DNA of 64,000 bases from a bacterium (lineage in GTDB: Bacteria > UBA8248 > JACPRG01 > G963555815): assembly GCA_965218795.1 (NCBI GenBank), contig OZ244653.1:1696001-1760000 (forward strand), written 5' to 3'. A model generated the notes under the pieces. That model did not search any database. It saw only the letters and a program-made list of their open reading frames with translations, and was not told where the DNA came from. Within the stretch, counting starts at the first letter, position 1. Each line of letters opens with the position of its first letter. Below are positions 60,179 through 64,000 of this stretch, piece after piece. Made by a program: the position numbers and the translations under genes.

Positions 60179-60811
60179 GTGCGGTGGTTTTTGCCGATCC
60201 TGATCGTTCTTGGGATTGGAGCGGGGATCATTTTTTCCAACGTTGAAAGGGTGGGGACTCCGCCCCAGCGGACATCGGATACGCCATCCCCGGCGAACCC
60301 GTCCCCATCCGCGGCGACGCCGGATATCCCCGAAACCTCCTCCCCGGCCAGGACGGCCTCGACGCTCAAGAGCAGAAAGCGGTACGTTCTCATCTTCGCA
60401 GTGAAAGGGGACCGGGGATTGCGACCGGAGCCCAGGGATCTTCCCCGGCCCCGCACACTCCGGGAATCAATACGCCTGGTCCTGGAGGAATTGATCCTGG
60501 GCTCCCGAACGGGACTGGTCTCGACGCTGCCCCGTACATCCAGAGTCTTGGAAATATTTCTGGACGGTCAAGGAACGGTATACGTGGACTTCAGCAAGGA
60601 AATATCCACCGAGCATCCAGGCGGCGTATGGACAGAATCCGCGACCGTCGCGTCGGTTGTGCAAACGCTGACGTCCAATTTCGAATCGGTCCGAAGGGTG
60701 GCATTCCTGATCGAAGGCAAAACCGCGGAGACACTGACCGGACACATCGACATTCGGCGGCCGCTCAGCCGTCTCGATACGAGGTTCTTCCCTCAGGCGG
60801 ACGAGCCGTAG
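60179..60811 (+). CDS. GerMN domain protein
   Basis: [28 protein letters not shown]...TLTGH. Confidence 0.85.
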   Translation: MRWFLPILIVLGIGAGIIFSNVERVGTPPQRTSDTPSPANPSPSAATPDIPETSSPARTASTLKSRKRYVLIFAVKGDRGLRPEPRDLPRPRTLRESIRLVLEELILGSRTGLVSTLPRTSRVLEIFLDGQGTVYVDFSKEISTEHPGGVWTESATVASVVQTLTSNFESVRRVAFLIEGKTAETLTGHIDIRRPLSRLDTRFFPQADEP

Positions 60812-60863
60812 CCATTTCCTGGAAAAGGGGAAATCGGTCCCTGGAGAACGGAAGGGAGGATTG

Positions 60864-61634
60864 ATGTCCGGTCGAAGATCCGCACGAAATGACGGAAGGC
60901 GCCCGGGTGAAATGCGTCCGGTCGCGATTGAAATGAACCCGCTTCCTGCGGCCGAAGGGTCGGTTCAAATCTCAGTGGGCAAGACGCGAGTCATCTGCTC
61001 GGCGACGGTGGAGGCCGGTGTCCCGGGTTGGATGAAAGGCAAGGAAGAAGGGTGGGTGACCGCCGAGTACGCCATGCTCCCGAGATCAACCGACCAGCGG
61101 GTCCCTCGAGAATCCGTGCGGGGGAGGCAGTCCGGGCGGACCCAGGAGATCCAACGGCTCATCGGTCGATCCATGCGCGCCGTTGTCGATCGACGGGCTC
61201 TCGGGGAACGGATGATCATCATGGACTGCGACGTCATCCAGGCGGATGGAGGGACCCGAACCGCTTCCATTACCGGGGCCTACCTTGCGCTGGCCCAGGC
61301 CATTCTCCGGTTGGAAGTTGCAGGGGACATCCCGAAAAACGTTCTCCTGGACAGCGTTGCGGCGACGAGTGTGGGGATCGTCGGAGGACGGCATTGTCTC
61401 GACCTGGACTATTCGGAGGACTCCGTCGCGGAGGTGGACATGAACGTCGTGATGACGGGAAGGGGCGGAATCGTGGAAGTTCAGGGGACTGCGGAGGGCG
61501 CGCCTTTCTCGTTTGACGAACTGGATCGACTGAACGGACTGGCCGCCAGAGGCATCCGAAGCCTGACCCGCCTGCAGGCCCGAACGCTGAAGAAAATCCG
61601 GGAGGAAATCAGGAAAGGAAACCCGCCGCCTTGA
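60864..61634 (+). CDS. rph: Ribonuclease PH
   Basis: [35 protein letters not shown]. Confidence 0.97.
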   Translation: MSGRRSARNDGRRPGEMRPVAIEMNPLPAAEGSVQISVGKTRVICSATVEAGVPGWMKGKEEGWVTAEYAMLPRSTDQRVPRESVRGRQSGRTQEIQRLIGRSMRAVVDRRALGERMIIMDCDVIQADGGTRTASITGAYLALAQAILRLEVAGDIPKNVLLDSVAATSVGIVGGRHCLDLDYSEDSVAEVDMNVVMTGRGGIVEVQGTAEGAPFSFDELDRLNGLAARGIRSLTRLQARTLKKIREEIRKGNPPP

Positions 61635-62308
61635 GCCGGAGAGAGAATGGAGAACGACCCGTTCTGCTCCTCGCAACCAGCAATCGGCACAAGGTCGAAG
61701 ATATGACCTCGATCCTGGCCGAAATTCTCGAGGAGAAATTCCAGGGGGGATACGGGGGGCTGACATTGCATTCGCTCCACGATTTTCCTGACCTGGACCT
61801 TCCTCCGGAAACGGGCGGCACTTACCGGCAGAACGCGGAAATCAAGGCTTGCGCGGCTGCCCGCGCCACGGGCCACATCGCGCTGGCCGATGACTCGGGT
61901 TTGGAAATCGATGCGCTCTCCGGAGCCCCCGGCATTCAATCGGCCCGGTGGATGGGGGGTTATTCACAGAAAGAGAAAAACCAGCGAATTCTGGATCTCC
62001 TGAAAGACCGGCCGGTGAAGAATCAAACCGCTCGGTTCCGCTGCGCGGCGGCCGTCTGTCAACCCGGTATGGGGCGGAACCTGATCGTCCGGACCTTTGA
62101 GGGAATCCTGGAAGGCTTCATCGCGAAGAAAGCCTCCGGCGCCGGCGGCTTCGGCTACGACCCCATCTTCCTCCCGGCGGAGGTTCAGCGTCGGGGCGAG
62201 CATAGCCTTGCAGAACTCCAACCCGAGGAGAAAAACCGAATCAGCCACAGGGCCCTGGCCCTGAAGGAGGCCGCCGACCACCTCGGCGCCATCCTGAACG
62301 CTCCTTGA
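61631..62308 (+). CDS. rdgB: dITP/XTP pyrophosphatase
   Basis: [27 protein letters not shown]. Confidence 0.95.
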   Translation: MSRRENGERPVLLLATSNRHKVEDMTSILAEILEEKFQGGYGGLTLHSLHDFPDLDLPPETGGTYRQNAEIKACAAARATGHIALADDSGLEIDALSGAPGIQSARWMGGYSQKEKNQRILDLLKDRPVKNQTARFRCAAAVCQPGMGRNLIVRTFEGILEGFIAKKASGAGGFGYDPIFLPAEVQRRGEHSLAELQPEEKNRISHRALALKEAADHLGAILNAP

Positions 62309-62549
62309 ATTCGTCAAGAAATTTCACGTCGATCACATCGTCCGGAAGACCTGCCGGATCTGACTAGAAACGAACTCGATACGGAGGCTACATTGGGGAG
62401 GGGGGATATCTGCCTGGGTGGGGACGAAGTTGTGGTGAAACCAAAAAAAGAGGTTCCGACTTCGTGAGTCAGAAGGTCGCGCCGGACAGGAGGTTGCCGC
62501 TTTCGGCCTTCCGGACTAGATTGAGAGACGGTGCTGGATGGTTCGTCAT

Positions 62550-62627
<78 letters not shown>

Positions 62628-62634
62628 TGTGATC

Positions 62635-62670
62635 AAGGGGTTGGGGAGTTCCGGCCCCTTTTGTTTTTTT
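62635..62670 (+). terminator. Terminator after tRNA
   Basis: AAGGGGTTGG/CCGGCCCCTT stem and T-rich tail. Confidence 0.7.
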
Positions 62671-63009
62671 GAACCTTGCCCAAATCCTACCCAGAATTCG
62701 AGAGGTTTTCTTTCAAAAAGAACTTCGCCACTCCGTAGAGCGGGATTTTCCCACGTCAAAGCCCCTTCCTGATTTGATTGACAGAAGACCAATTCGGAGA
62801 GGGGCAATATGCAAGAATCATCAATGCATGGCGCAGTTCACGGCTATCCTTAGGAAGATGTCTCACGACCCCCTGAGCGCGTATGTCTGTCATTCCCGCG
62901 CAAGCGGGAATCCAGTTCTTTGTCCTTGTCCGGTTGGACATCGCCGCCCCCGAATACTCCCGTCTCGGGCCTGCCGGCATGTATTGGGCAGGGGCGGGAA
63001 TGACAGAAC

Positions 63010-63331
63010 AGAGCAGATCGAGTTCAAGGAGAATCTGTCAGCAAAAGGGCAATCCGTTGATCCATGGATAAGCGGCGGTGAAATAGGAAATCGGGCAAAA
63101 AACGAGATACTCCAGGAAGCCGCCGCCTTCGCGAATGCGCACGGCGGGGCTTTGTTGCTGGGGACCAAGCAGTCCAAGAGCCAACCACCGGTCGCCGCCG
63201 AAGCCGGTTTGGGCAGGGAGAGCCTCTACAAGGTGCTGTCACCCAACGGCAACCCGGCGTTCTCCACCGTGCTCAAGGTCATACGAGCCCGGGACCTTCG
63301 GCTTCACGAGTCCGCTTTGACTGCCCGGTAA
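63010..63331 (+). pseudogene. Chimera of Schlafen/AlbA_2 N-terminal fragment and HI1420-type antidote C-terminal fragment
   Basis: EQIEFKE...AFANAHGGALLLG fused in frame to VAAEAGLGRESLYKVLSPNGNPAFSTV. Confidence 0.7.
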
Positions 63332-63502
63332 CGGCTGGCTGGAGCGAAATCCGTTCGCTTCGAGTCGTGTTAAAAGCACACGATAGGGGCTGGACGGGGT
63401 TCGGCACTTTGCCGATGCCTCGGAGGCATGAAGGTCGTTATCAGCTTGAAAAATGGCGCAACCCTATCTATATAATCACAATTATATAGATAGGGGGATC
63501 GA

Positions 63503-63730
63503 ATGCTTTCCTTCAAGATCACGACAGTCGGTGCGTCTTCCGGCATCATCCTCACCAAAGAGGCAATGGCGCGGCTCAGGGTGAAGAAGGGCGATACACT
63601 CTATCTGACCGAGGCGGCGGACGGCAGCTATCGGCTTACCCCTTACGATCCCGAGTTCGCGCGCCAGATGACGCTTGCCGAAGAGCTCATGCATGACGAC
63701 CGCGAGGTGCTGCGGGCGCTGGCGAGGTGA
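63503..63730 (+). CDS. AbrB/MazE-type antitoxin
   Basis: VGASSGIIL, GDTLYL, YDPEFARQM...REVLRALA. Confidence 0.9.
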   Translation: MLSFKITTVGASSGIILTKEAMARLRVKKGDTLYLTEAADGSYRLTPYDPEFARQMTLAEELMHDDREVLRALAR

Positions 63731-64000
63731 GTGCCGAGGATTCCGGCCCGTGGCGCTGGGTTGCGTCGAGCGTCGTCCTGGCCATCCATGACCGTCAGCT
63801 CGCCGAGCATGGCGGGGCGGACGGCATACGGGATCCGGGAGCGATTGACTCCGCCTTGGCCCGTCCGGTGAACCTCGCGGCACATGGCAATCCCGACGCG
63901 GCCGAGCTGGCGGCGGCCTACATCTACGGCTTGGCCATGAACCACGGCTTCATCGACGGCAACAAGCGTACGGCCTGGGTCACGGCACGCCTGTTCCTGG
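63727..64000 (+). CDS. doc: Doc/Fic toxin (runs off the window end)
   Basis: GTG overlapping antitoxin stop; IHDRQLAEHGG..GIRD; HGFIDGNKR. Confidence 0.92.
   Translation, partial: MSAEDSGPWRWVASSVVLAIHDRQLAEHGGADGIRDPGAIDSALARPVNLAAHGNPDAAELAAAYIYGLAMNHGFIDGNKRTAWVTARLFL

Overview
GC-rich bacterial chromosomal window; gene content tentatively suggests a Nitrospinota/Tectomicrobia-like lineage. Core and metabolic genes alternate with three accessory zones. Core/metabolic genes: ComDE-like TPP decarboxylase, RidA, Rieske oxygenase, NMT1-type binding protein, rhodanese, XDH-family Mo subunit, M20, type III PKS, PLP decarboxylase, M48, moeB, three tandem MFS, pyrE, amidase-GerMN-rph-rdgB-tRNA-Pro. 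Zone 1 (4.2-23.5 kb): a gene-fragment mosaic, a phage-like CI/SSB/sigma-HTH module, and a type III RM locus whose mod gene is flanked by two HigBA-type TA pairs and by diverged remnants of an older mod allele. Zone 2 (42.9-51.3 kb): a nested defence island, with a broken Dam-like/NotI-like RM, a PLD nuclease gene hit by IS3 (itself hit by an IS110 carrying a candidate bridge RNA) and by IS630, then an intact SfiI-like RM bracketed by two inward-facing promoters carrying NrdR-like boxes. Zone 3: an island starting after tRNA-Pro (AbrB/Doc). There is no CRISPR array or reverse transcriptase. Several frameshifts are single-base losses in short runs and may be sequencing errors. All family assignments are from motif recognition by eye, not database searches.
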